In this document: piece by piece, positions 1-11,900 of the stretch | Layout: each line of letters begins with the position of its first letter | Position numbering within the stretch: the first letter of the stretch is position 1 | Assembly (NCBI GenBank): GCA_043228905.1 | Contig: JBHGNT010000011.1 | Span: forward strand, 15,066,001 to 15,130,000 | Reading direction: 5' to 3' | Source: Azolla caroliniana | Lineage: Eukaryota > Plantae > Polypodiophyta | DNA: 64,000 nucleotides | The notes under the pieces: generated by a model | Databases searched by the model: none | The model's input: the letters and a program-made list of their open reading frames with translations, nothing else | Told to the model about the DNA's origin: nothing | Translations under genes and position numbers: made by a program

Positions 1-3000
1 TGTTTGATTCGTCCGCTTGGTTTCACCATCACTTTGTGGATGATAGCTTGACGAAAGTTTACAGGAAATTTTGAGCATCTCAAGCAAGTGTTTCCAGAAT
101 TTTGAGATGAATTGTGGGCCACGATCACTAATAATGTCATTTGGAAGACCGTGAAGCTGAAATACTTCTTTCATAACGATATCTACAGTTTAGCATCAAA
201 ACTCTTCGAAATTGGAAGATCTGTAATAAAATCCATCGAGATGGATTTCCACGAACCAATAGGAACTGGCAATGGTTGTAATAACCCATATGGTCGATGT
301 CGTGGAATCTTTGACCAACAACACACATCACAACTACGAACATAATCTTCAACAAACTCTCGAAGGTGAGGCCACCAATAGTTTCGAGAAACTAGCTCCA
401 AAGTTTTGTGGATTCCAAAGTGCCCGGCCTTTGGGTTGTCGTGACAATATTGCATTACTTGAAGTCGAGACGAACCATTTGGGACATAAAAAAGAGTGTT
501 GCAAAAAAGTAAACCATTATCCCATTTAAACTGGTTATAATCTTTACGAGGATTCTTGGAGCTTGAAGAAGAAGCGCGATCTGAAATTATATGATTCAAT
601 ATATCTTGAGAAAATTCATCAGAAATGATATCTGTTTGGATTGAATAAAGAAAACTTGAATCTTCAAATGCTTGAGAGGCATTAATAGTTAATAGTCATA
701 ACTGATTAGGCCCCAAGACGATTTGTTTTTGATGATCAAATGTGGGTTCTCCTGGTTGTGTAGCCAAATAAGATCGTCGTGAGAGAGAATTTGCCCTTCC
801 TTGTTGTACTCCTGGGCGATATGTGACGACGAAGTCAAAACACGTTAGAAACTGTGCCCAATGAGCTTGGCGGCGACTCAAGACTCTAGCACTTTGAAAG
901 TATGTGAGGTTTTTATGATCATTGTAAACAATGATTTGGTGGGGAGAACCTTCTAAGAAATGTCTCCACTATTCAAACGAGTCTATAATGGCTAGAAGCT
1001 CTTTGTCGTGAATCTCGTAATTGATCTCTACAACTTCGAATTTGCGTGGATGGAAAGCAATTGGATGTAGCTTCCCATCATCTCTTGTCTGTGACAAGAT
1101 ACTTCCTAGTGCAAAATCAGATGCATCCGCCTCGATGATAAACGGTTTTTCTAGGCCAGCATGAAGTAGAATTGGAGCAGAAGTGAATGCACTCTTTAGG
1201 CTTTCAAAAGCTTTGGTTGCACTAGAACTCCATGTGAATGACTTGTTCTTTCGTGTAAGCTCTGTGAGAGGCATCACAATGTTTGAATAATTCTTGATAA
1301 ATTTGCGGTAAAAATTCACAAATCCTAAGAAACATTGAACATCACGCATTGAACGAGGTGGTTGCCAGTTTAGAATTGTCTAAACCTTAGATGGATCCAT
1401 AGATATACCTTGTTGTGAAACCACATACCCCAGAAACTCCACGTGGTTTTGATCGAAGCTACATTTCTCAAGTTTGGCATAGAGCCCATATTCTCGTAAG
1501 CGTTGGAAGACTTTGGCGGACATGTATGTCATGCTTTTCTTGAGTTTTCGAGTAGATCAAGATGTCATCAAGATATACTATGGTGAATGAATCCAAAAAC
1601 TCACGGAAAATTCATTTGCCATGTGTTGAAAAACCGTGGGCGCATTCGTGAGACCAAAAGGCATAACTGTGTACTTGAAATGTCTGTATCGAGTACGGAA
1701 TGTTGTCTTCCATTCATCTCCTGGACATATCCGAACAAGGTTATATGCACCTTGAAGATCTAGCTTCGTGAAAACTTTCGCTCTACTAAGACGCTCTAGT
1801 AAACTCGAAATCAAGGGTAGAGCATATCTATTTCGAACTGTGATTTTGTTTAGACCTCGATAGTCCACGACCAGTCGTAGAGATCCATGTTTCTTCTTGA
1901 CAAAGAAGATGGGTGCACCAATAGGGCTTTTAGAATGTCGAATGAATCCATTTGCTAAGTGCTCGTCTATATACTCTCGAAGGGCCTTGAGTTCGGAAGG
2001 TGATAGATTATATATTAGGCCCCATGGTGGCTCTTTCCCAGGTTGTAGATCGATAGGACAATCATAAGGCCGATGGTCTGGTAGAGAACTAGCTTTAGCT
2101 TTGTTGAAGATGTCTTCAAAATCCAAGTACTTGGTAGGGAGGGGAGTACCTGCCCCCTTGTGAACTAGAGGATGGGTTTGCTATTACTGCAAAGACAAAC
2201 ATTTCATTTGTTTGCCCGTCTTCTCGTGATTTTTGTAGAGAGATGGGCAAGATTTGATGAGGTTTTGAATCTTGGTTGGTAGTAACAAGGCAGTTGGATT
2301 CAGGTTTCTGTTGGATATCATTGATTGTTTGATTTCTCCAGTCAATTTCAGGATTGTGAAGTTCAAACCAAGGCAAACCAAGGATAATCGGATGCTCAGG
2401 GCTACTAATTATATTGAAGGAAATCATACAAACAAAGCTACCAAGAACTACTCGAATTGGCTCAGATTCTTCAACTATATTCCCGGATGAAATAGGGCAA
2501 CCATCAATGACTACAACATATGCAGGGCAAGGGAGGTTTTTCAATAGGATTTTCTCGGATAAAGGCAAATTCTTTGTCCATAAAACAAGACTTGGCTCCT
2601 AAATCTAAGAGAGCAGAGGCAAGAACTCGGTGACACCTAGAAGTACTAAGCTCAACTTGTGCTGAAAAAACTCTGCTAACATGATTCGATAAAATGGAAC
2701 CACTACTTGGGGTTGACTTTATGTATTCAGGATTGTTCAACCAAATGGCTCCGATTTTGGTTGGACTTATTCGTTTAATATTTCATCAAGTTGACTCAAT
2801 ACTTCAAAACTATTGAAATAACCATGACATGTGGAACTACTAGGGCTAGACGATCTAACTGGAGAATTGGAATGAAGATTCTCACTAATACTTACTTGAT
2901 TTACTTGTCGTTTTGGCCTATGTGGGCATGTGATCGCGATGTGTCCTGGACCACCACAATACAAACATAGGCGGTTTGCTCAACGTCTTTGCTTCTCAGC

Positions 3001-3962
3001 TTCAGATAAAGGCCCTTGACGACGTGTTACATCGATCTCCATTGGACTTGGACCACCTGATGGAATCATGCGTGAAGTTTGGGTAGTGTTCGTAGGTGTC
3101 TAGGCTACTACTGAAGTATATGTTTGATCCGTTCTTGGTCGTGACATTAATTGACACTCCAAACGTTGTTCAAATAAGCGGTTGTCACATCGCACTACAC
3201 AACTTATCGCTTCTGTAAGTGATCTTGGATCTTCATGAAAAGTTAATAGCAAATCCTTTACATCATTTCTTAGTCCATAGCGAAATTGATCCATTAAGGC
3301 TTCTTCATCCCACAGAATATCACAAGCTAGGAGGCGGAAATCTGTGGCATAGGTAGAGGCAGGATGGTCCCCTTGACTCGGTCTTCAAATCTTGTTAATT
3401 GTTGTTCTAACACTATCAGTGTCTCCAAAGTTTGCTTGAAATTCTCTAATAAAACCTTTGAAGTCTTGGAGAAGAGGAGACTTCTTTTCTAGCAATGGTG
3501 CAAACTATGCTAATGCAATTCCTGTTAAGAGGCTCCCAACTAGTCCAACTTGAGCTACATCAGTCGGATACCTATTAGGGTGCATATGAATTACTAGACG
3601 TACTTGGTTTAGAAACCCTCGAAACTGTGATCAATTACCATCAAACTTCCCAGGCAAACAAATCTTCGGTTCTTTGGGAGAGGTTTGTTGCATTGAAGCT
3701 TGTTGATGAAGAGACCGCAATGTTGTTTCGAGTTGCAATACACGTGTCGATAACTCATCATATTGTTGTGCCTTTTCTATGCTTACTTGTTGCAAATCTC
3801 CAATAAATCGTTGATTCTCTTGTTCTAACACCACAAACTTATTTGCAAAATGCTCTAGTTCAGAGACGACTCGAACATTATCTTGCTTGCTAACTGACTC
3901 CATGGAGAGGATAACGTTTGGCAAGATTCTCAAGGAGAAGGAAGGAGAAGAGAGTGAAAGAG

Positions 3963-4003
<41 letters not shown>

Positions 4004-4318
4004 AGGAAAATTTTGGTTCAAACTGTCAAGGCCAAAGTTAGGAACGAGTTTTAAAATGAAGAAGAGAATGAGAAGCGAAAGATATGAGAGAGATAAGAAG
4101 AATTTGATAATGTATTAACAACGAGAGCAATGTTTACAAGAATATGCCGAAGATTGGCATTGAACCAGAATGGTTCATCAATAGTCAAATACATGTTTAT
4201 ATAGCATGGTTTGGATACATGCATGCTCGCCACCTCATAGGCACGCATGATCGCCACTTGGCATTCATGCAAGCATGCCCCTTGGCAATCATGCGTTAGC
4301 CTATGCAAGGTGGCAACA
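1..4318 (-). mobile_element. Degenerate Ty3/Gypsy LTR retrotransposon (Tf2/Tcn1-like chromovirus-type), 3' part beyond the window edge
   Basis: Minus-strand ORF fragments lie in Gypsy order: gag (PKICLPGKFDG; DQFRYGLRNDVKD), CCHC knuckle [14 protein letters not shown] (~2935-2970), protease LLDLGAKSCF (2504-2740), RT ([35 protein letters not shown]; 1578-2126), RNase H (EADASDFALG, HDKELLAI; 969-1349), integrase HHCC (HDNPKAGHFG...CDVC, SMDFITDLP; 183-599). There are many stops and frameshifts. The clade call is from remembered motif similarity. Confidence 0.92.
3916..4318 (-). repeat. Probable 5' LTR of the degenerate Ty3/Gypsy
   Basis: On the minus strand it begins TGTTGCCA at 4318 and ends ...GCCAAACG at 3916 (expected CA, read as mutated), just upstream of the gag ATG at 3903. 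It contains a (GA)n tract. The partner LTR is outside the window, so the boundaries are inferred. Confidence 0.5.
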
Positions 4319-4499
4319 TTTCAATAATAATATTATATGTATTTCCTATTGATATAATAGAATTTATTATTTAATATATACAATATGATGTATCCTAATG
4401 GATGGGGTTGTATGCCTTCTTTGAGGAGGTCATGGGTTTGAATCACCATAAAGCTTATTGTGTTTTGTATACACATGACACAGAGATGTAGATAGGGTC

Positions 4500-5159
4500 A
4501 GCTACAAGGCCGATAGACGATCCACATCAGGATTCGTCTTCTCCATCGGCAACAGAGCGATCTCTTGGAGCAGCAAAAAACCGCCAATTGTCGCATTGTC
4601 GAGCCGCATGCAAGGCCGTCTGGTTAAAAGCGCATATTGAAGGATCTAGGCGTTCCCATCAAAGATCCGATTCTCCTATACTACGACAACATGAGCAATA
4701 TCTATCTAGCTCGAAACCCTGTATTCCACGCTCGGACCAAGCATATTGAAGTACATTATCACTTCATTCGAGAGCGTGTTCAGGCTGGAGATGTCGACCT
4801 ACAACACGTTAGCACGAATCTTTAACTTGCCGACATCTTCATCAAGGCCTTGGGAGTCGACAAGCTCGGGCAATTTACGACAGATATTGGTCTCGCGATA
4901 CACGCATTGCCGAGCTTGAGGGGGAGTGTCGAACAATAGCAACCATAGGAGTTGAAAGCAGTAGTCGATCAGTCGATCGAAACCAACCAGAGAAGCCGAA
5001 GTACGATGATAGTTGAGCCGAACAGGGAGCACAAAGTAATCATGCAACAAACCCGAACAACCGAATAAACTCGAAAGCCGAAGCCGAGCCGAATCGAAGT
5101 TTTTTGAAGATTGAACCCAACCAACTTTTCGACATCCGGAAGTTGTGTTCGAAGGGGCG
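4500..5159 (+). mobile_element. Ty1/Copia 3' remnant (RNase H region and PPT)
   Basis: The sequence encodes AISWSSKK and DNMSNIYLARNPVFHARTKHIEVHYHFIRERV (4637-4825). Purine tracts GAGGGGGAG (4918-4926) and GAAGGGGCG (~5151-5159) are each followed by TGT. Confidence 0.85.
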
Positions 5160-5347
5160 TGTTGAGAATCGAACTGAACTTCCCATAGAGATAGTGTTCA
5201 CACTAGCCAATGGACATCATATTGGGTTGGTTTTGTAATTAATAGAAATAGCACTTACCCTAGTCTAGTTGGTATTTAAACCAACTCTTTGTAACTTAGT
5301 TATCGTTGGATGTAGTTTATATTTTCGCTAATATAGCTTATTGTTCA

Positions 5348-5397
<50 letters not shown>

Positions 5398-8070
5398 GGT
5401 GAAAACACTACTTACAATACATGTGACAATGGAGTATGGTCACACACTAACCACACTATACTACATGGGTAGTGGAACATGTTGAATTGCCAATAGGCAA
5501 GACGAACACTCCACCGAGGAAAGAATTTCCACTTGTTCCAATAAAGAAAATTGCCACATTAGTACTCCCTTCAACTTTCGTAGATATGCTTTCACTCCAT
5601 GTCTACCATCGAATACAAAAGCGTTGCGCATGTTCCAATTATGACGCAATCCCCAATATCTCAAAAATAGGAAAACAATCTCCATCTCTGATTTTGGGTC
5701 AGCTTGTGTAAATTGTGTAAACACCCATTGTCTAGGTGTCAAATAACTCCGTGATAAAACTTGCCAATTTGAGAAATGTAACTCCAAATTTGACAAGAAA
5801 TTGGACATTGTATAAATCGATGAGTACTATCTTCTATCTGAATTGTGCAAAAGAAGCAGGTACCCATTGCTAGTCCATGACGCTTTAAAGCTAATCCCAA
5901 AGGCAATCCTCCGATCAAAACTCTCCAAATGAATACCTTTGCAACAAGTGGCAAATTTAGAATGCCAACTACGTTGTAAGATCAGCCACCACCCATGATC
6001 AGATTTGTGTATTTTCCATTCTTCTTCAGCCTTAGATGATAACCATCCAAGAGACTCTACGGAACAATGATACAAAAGATTAGTAGTCACTTGTAACAAT
6101 GGTGTTTGACCCCTTAAACTCCAATCAATCCACGGTTGTTCTTTTGTTTGTAAAGGTAAGGGACCTTGCATCAATACAATATTCTGTAGTTGTTGCCAAA
6201 TAAACCCATAATTAGGCGGGATGCGTAATAATTGTCGTGCTTCAGTAAACTCCAAAATTCTTTGAGATGGAACCTCAACTATATCTCCCACCTCTTTGAC
6301 CCCCAAACGAAACAAACGATTAAATTGAGAACGCAATCTCTCCTTTCCTGGCCAACATAATAACTGAGACACAGCTAACTCTTTTTGCAAAGAGTTACAA
6401 TGCTCTCTATTAGATGATGGTTTCCATACACATAACAATAGTGTTTCTTGCCATGAGGTAACTGAGTGTTGAACACATGAAGAACCCAGAATCCTAAGTG
6501 AAATACATCCATTCAGTAATTGTCACCATGAAGCCTTAATCGTTGTCCTCCCATGTGTTAAACCCTTGTTCTCAATGAAATATCGAACAATAGATATCCA
6601 TGGTTGTGAGTTTGAACACATGTCTTGTAATAATGAAAATCTACGAGCCATTATATGCATAAATAAGTTCAATATTCCAACCCCCCCCCCCCCCCAATCG
6701 CTTAGGGGTTGCTAGATGATTCCAAGCAATCCATGTGATTCCCATCTTATCCCTCTTCTTCCACAACAAATATCAAAGAGGTTGCAAAACAGAATTCAAC
6801 GCCTTCTTTGTCCATGGCAATAATGGCAAGTAATATAATATCATGGGTTCCATAATACATTGTACAACCTTCAAGCGAACATGAAATGGCCAAGATTGTG
6901 ACTTCCAATACATGAACTTATCCCTCAACTTACTAGACATCCATTCAATCAATTGACCATTTGTAACCTTAATTCCTAATGGATAGCCCAAGTGTCGAAA
7001 AATAGAGCTTTTCTTCACCACGGATCCTTGCCATCCTAAACATTCCAAATCCCTTTCAGTGCATGATATGAGACTAGACTTCCTCCAATTAATATGTAAT
7101 CCAGAAGCCAATGCAAATTGATTCCATACAAGCATCCCCTTCTCAAGATTCTCCCGTGAGGCTTGTAAAAACATGAAAGAATCATCCGCCAAAGCTTGTG
7201 CTACTATTTGCCCTCCGGACGGAAGGTGTAAACCCACAATGTCACCATTTATTGCAAGTCTTGATAGCATCACTAACAAAGGATGACTAACAATAGCAAA
7301 CAACAATGGGCTAAGAGGGCATCCTTGACGAACAGATCTTGTGAGGGCAATATCTGATGTAACTCCCCCATTAAGCATTACTCGAGACACTGCATCTTGT
7401 CCTAATAAAAATATGAGGCAAGGCATACGAGGTCCAAAGCCCATTGTATGCATTAACCCAGAAACAAAAGACCAATTAACATGATCATAAGCTTTCTCCA
7501 AATCTAATTGCACCATAATCAATTCTTGATGAGTGTTCCGAGCATAATCCATGGCCATTTGAACATTCAACACATTATGCAATATATTTCTACCTGCAAT
7601 AAAACCATATTGGGCAGGGTGTATCAACTTTGGCAAATACTTTTGTAATCTATTTGCCAAGACCTTTGTAAATATCTTGTACAACCCCCCCATCAAAGAA
7701 ATAGGTCTCCATTGATGAAATGACTCGGGAGATGCCACCTTTGGAACTAGTTTAATTAGACCAATCTTCCAAGCTTGAGGCATACAGACAGAATCCCAAG
7801 ACTGTTGAAACATCAAAGTCAAGGGCCCATTTAAAATGTTGGAATATCTCTTAAAAACTTCATTTGTCAAGCCATCCCAACCAAGGCTCTTACCACTAGG
7901 AAGATGCCTTAAAACTACACCCACCTCATCCTCAGTGAAATCCGCATCCAATTCATGACTAATGAGATCATGCACAATACATCCAACCACATCATAAAAC
8001 TCATGACGTGCTCTACTCACCTCATCTGTCATTAACAATTGTGGACCAATCAACTCCTTAAAGTAATGAA

Positions 8071-8134
<64 letters not shown>

Positions 8135-8243
8135 CTTACGTGCACCCACACACATAGAGCTCGCTTCCGTTGCACAACACCACCTACGTCTCTCTTTCTT
8201 TACAGGCTCCTACTAAGTAAACTTCCTGAATCCTAGAGCACGT
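5160..8243 (+). repeat. Probable Copia 3' LTR, split by a LINE (segments 5160-5394 and 8075-~8243)
   Basis: It starts TGTTGAGA after a PPT and has a TATA-like TATTTAAA and a (CT)n tract, as do the other Copia LTRs in this window. Non-LINE sequence resumes after the second (CT)n. The right end is uncertain because the Gypsy inserts at 8244. Confidence 0.5.
5395..8074 (-). mobile_element. 5'-truncated L1-clade LINE (ORF2: RT plus C-terminal zf-RVT), pseudogenised
   Basis: ORF 6773-8074 has non-LTR RT motifs KSLGWDG, WRPISL, QYGFIAGR, LDLEKAYDHV, VRQGCPLSPLLF, LADD and HLGYPLG. A zf-RVT-like KVFIWR...CFFC...EDSTHRFIQC lies at 5739-5954. Frameshifts occur downstream of RT. The element is bounded by (CT)n at 5351-5394 and 8075-8132. 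Confidence 0.93.
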
Positions 8244-8941
8244 TGTCGTGCCTTTCGGCTTCGGATCGTTGCGTGAGTCGGGTGGGAACCGCCGAGGTTT
8301 TGGACTAGGAGGAAGAGGAATACAACTTAAGGCTAGTTATGAATAGTAGAAAGAGAAGTAAGATAGCAATCTCATGAATCCCACGAGTTTAGTGTATTTA
8401 AAACAATATTTAGATTATAAGAGTAATTTTGATGGCAAAATTCGTGAATCCCACGAATATATTAGATTGATCAATCCTTGTATATTAATCAACAACCTTA
8501 TACATATTTCTCTCCTCCTTATATAAAGATGGAAGAGGCTAAGCATGGCTTCATGCTTTTTCACCAAAAGTTTCCATGCACACTAAATGTGCATGTGATG
8601 CATGTCATTTCCTAAGTATAGGGCTCATGCACGCTAGATGTGCATGAGTCACTTTTAATGTCACGTGTAAATAAAATATTCACACCCTAAAGAATACATT
8701 TACCTTTTAATAAAGGTATGTGTAAATAAAGGTCTTATACGTATTAAATCTATATGTATAACACAAAAGATAAGTTATTACAATGGTAAAGTTGAGGTTT
8801 ATCTACGTGGAGGTGCAAGGTTTGAATCTTGCCCTATGCACGTGATAAATATTTTGATATATTATTTATTTATTTATATGTATCTAAAATCGGATATATT
8901 ATTTTATGGTTTTCACGTAGTGTGTGGAATACACTACGACA
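8244..8941 (-). repeat. 3' LTR of the Ylt1-like element (698 bp)
   Basis: Direct repeat of 14610-15307. The only difference I saw is GGCTTCGGA versus GGCTCCGGA near the left end. The termini TGTCGT...ACGACA form an inverted repeat. Confidence 0.97.
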
Positions 8942-11900
8942 CTCGCCCCCTCCGAACCCGCACATCCTCCGGTATGTGCCGAAGTTCTCGATTCCTCATA
9001 TCCGTCTTCACCCAAAGCTTCCTCCGATTCTCCCCTTATGTTGACTATGAGTTGTAATTCACTTTCTTCGCTTCCCGCATCACCGTGGTCTTCGTCTGAT
9101 TGCTCCTCGTTGTCGGCCTTGGCTTGGATCACATAGGGTTTGTCGTCGGTCCGCTTCTTGAAAATCTTCACCCGCTTCCCAGCTATAGGCACTTGTAGTA
9201 TTGTTCCATCCAACTCGGACAGTCGGTACGTTCCGTTGTCAAAGACTTTCCGAACCTCGTATGGCCCGAACCACCTTTTCGTGAATTTCCGCATCGTTGT
9301 ATGTTGATGGTCCAAACTACTGTCATAGACGATCACCCAATCTCCTTCTTCAATCCTCCTCGATGGTAGTCGGTGCTTTGTGTCGAATCGGCTTTTGTTC
9401 CGGAATCGTGCTTCTTGTTGTCGACGTATTGCTTCCGCTATGTCTGCCGGTCTTCCCTCTAGTTGTCGTATCCGGACCGCTAGTAGTTCTTCCCGTCTCA
9501 TCTCTTCCTTCCACGGTAGCACTGTCCATGTTGCGATCGCGGTTTCCGTCGGCATTACCGGTGCTTGTCCAGTCATGAGTTCTGCCGGCATGTAACCGGT
9601 TACGGAGCTATGCATCGTCCGATCCGCCAATAGTGCATACGAAAGCATCTGCGGCCAATCCTTCACCTTTCCATCGCATGCCTTCACAAGTGCTTTCACG
9701 ATCGGACTATGTCCTCGTTCGATTTTCCCGTTGGCCTCCGGATTGTATGTCGTTGTCAGCGTTAACCGAACTCCGTGTTTGGTGAAGAATCCCCTAGCTT
9801 TGTCCGAGTCGAGTTCTCCCCGGTCCGCAATCACTTGTCCTACGCACTCGTACCTGCAAAATACTTCCTCCAAAAGAAATTGGCATACCGCGGAACACGT
9901 TTTCCTCTGAAGCGCTCGACCTTCTACTTGATTCGTGAGATCTTCCCGAGCTAATACCAAGTATTTCTTTTGTCTGATCCCGGTCGGCATGGCCACTATG
10001 TCGACCATCCACTTGAAGTTGATTGTCGGTGAGAATGTCGGATGTAACTCATCTCGATGTCGAACCCCGGAGTAGATTTGACATTTCTCGCAGCTTTCCG
10101 TGAACTCCGCGACATCTTTGTACATTTTCTTCCACCAATATTTTTGCTTGATCTTCACAAATGTTGCCCATGTTCCTCGGTGTCCAGCCCAATCGGATTC
10201 GTGAAACTCGGACATTATCCGATTTCGTTGCTCTTTTGTCCCGACTACTCGAAGTGGTATACCATCCGGTCTTTTCGGCGCCCTCCATATTAATCCGTTT
10301 TCCAAGAAGAACTTTTGGACTTGCCTCTTCTTCCTTCGGATCTCGGCTCTTCTTCCTTTATCGTTTGTTGAATCCTCGGCCTCTTGTAACATCTTTCCGA
10401 TCATCAAGCTTTCTCCCTCGTATTCTTCTTCCCGGAATTCTCGGATTACGTTCACTCGGCATATGTGCTCCGACGCGAAGTAGTCTTCGGAAACTTCTTC
10501 ATTATCCAATTCGATTATGTCGTCTCCGAACCGAGCCCTTGATAACATATCCGCTACCACGTTGTCCTTCCCCAAGATGTGTCGAACCTCCGTATTAAGC
10601 GACTTGACATATGCAACCCACCTTAGCATAGCTACATCGGGTATCGTACAACACCGCATCATCCCGAGTATCGGAAGACAATCCATCTCGATCACCACTT
10701 TGGCTCCGATCAAATAATCCCAATCCGATTTTATCGCCGACACGACTCCCCACAGTTCTCTTTTGACTTGTGCATATCCACGTTGCCTTTCGTTGAGAAC
10801 CTTTGCTCCGAATCGGATCGGATACCGCAAACCATCCGAGTCAGCTTGATTGATGACCCACCCGATACCGGTTGGACTCGTATCAACCGTTACTATGATC
10901 GGTCGGTCGTAGCTCGGCTTCTTAAGTGCTTCCGCCCTCCGAAGTGTCTTCTTCAATTTCTTCATGGCTTTGGTGTGTTCCGGTTTCCATTTGAATTCCT
11001 TACCTTTCCGCAACAAGTGGTAGAGCGGGTCCGCTATATGCGCATAGTGCGGAATCCATATGTGATAGAATGCACATGCACCAAGAAACCTTCGGACTTC
11101 GAATGTTGACTCGCATACTTCCTCCATAGCTTGAATCACATCGATCTTTGTTGGTGACGGTCTTTGGCCGTAGGGCCCACATAGATGTCCGACCACCAAT
11201 ATTTCTTCTTCCCCGAATGCCGATTTCTCCCCGGAAAGTGTTAGGTGCACATCTTCTAGCTTTCGCAACACTTTCTCGCTCATGAATATGGTCGACCACG
11301 AACTTTCGGCATCCCCGATCATCCATAGTCTCATCTTTTTCTTTTACCGCGCATCCTTGCATCGGAATGTCATCGAGGAACGACATCGTTATCTCCGGAA
11401 TGCAGTCTCGAAGCACCTTGTTCATCGCGTTCATCATATGAGCAACCGAGTTTGTCGCTCCTTGTGGTAGTGTGCACATTCGGACTAATCCTATCGGTGT
11501 TCGCATGGTTGTGATGTCTCGGCTCTCCACAGCTAGTTGGAATTGGTCATATCCCGAGTATAGGTCTCCGATGGAGTATATCGCACGACCGGCAAAAGCT
11601 TCCGCAAATTCGTCCACTATCGGACCGACTCCCGATTTCCGGATCGTGACCTTATTCACCAGTTGCAAGTCTTGGATAAATCGGAGTGACCCATTCTTCT
11701 TCGGAACCGTGAACCATCGATTTGAGTACGGAGCAGTTGATGGCTCTAGAATCCCCATCGCCACCTTCTCCTTGAGCAAGTCAATGACTTTCGGAATATG
11801 CGCTCGTGGCACCGGAATCGGCTTCAGGTTCCACGGTACATGGTCAATCGTGAAGATCACCATCGGCTCCACTATTCTCGGATCGACGCACCCTATCTCC

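Noticed and set aside
4927-5159. Alternative LTR start TGTCGAAC after the first purine tract, resembling the Copia B LTR start
   Set aside because: Similarity to the Copia B LTR stops after 7 nt. LTR-like features follow the second tract at 5160. It cannot be resolved without a partner LTR.
8075-8155. N-terminal poly-(RE) extension of the 460-aa LINE ORF, which looks like a fusion protein
   Set aside because: It is the translation of the (GA)n microsatellite at the 5' truncation junction. The LINE lacks its endonuclease and true start.
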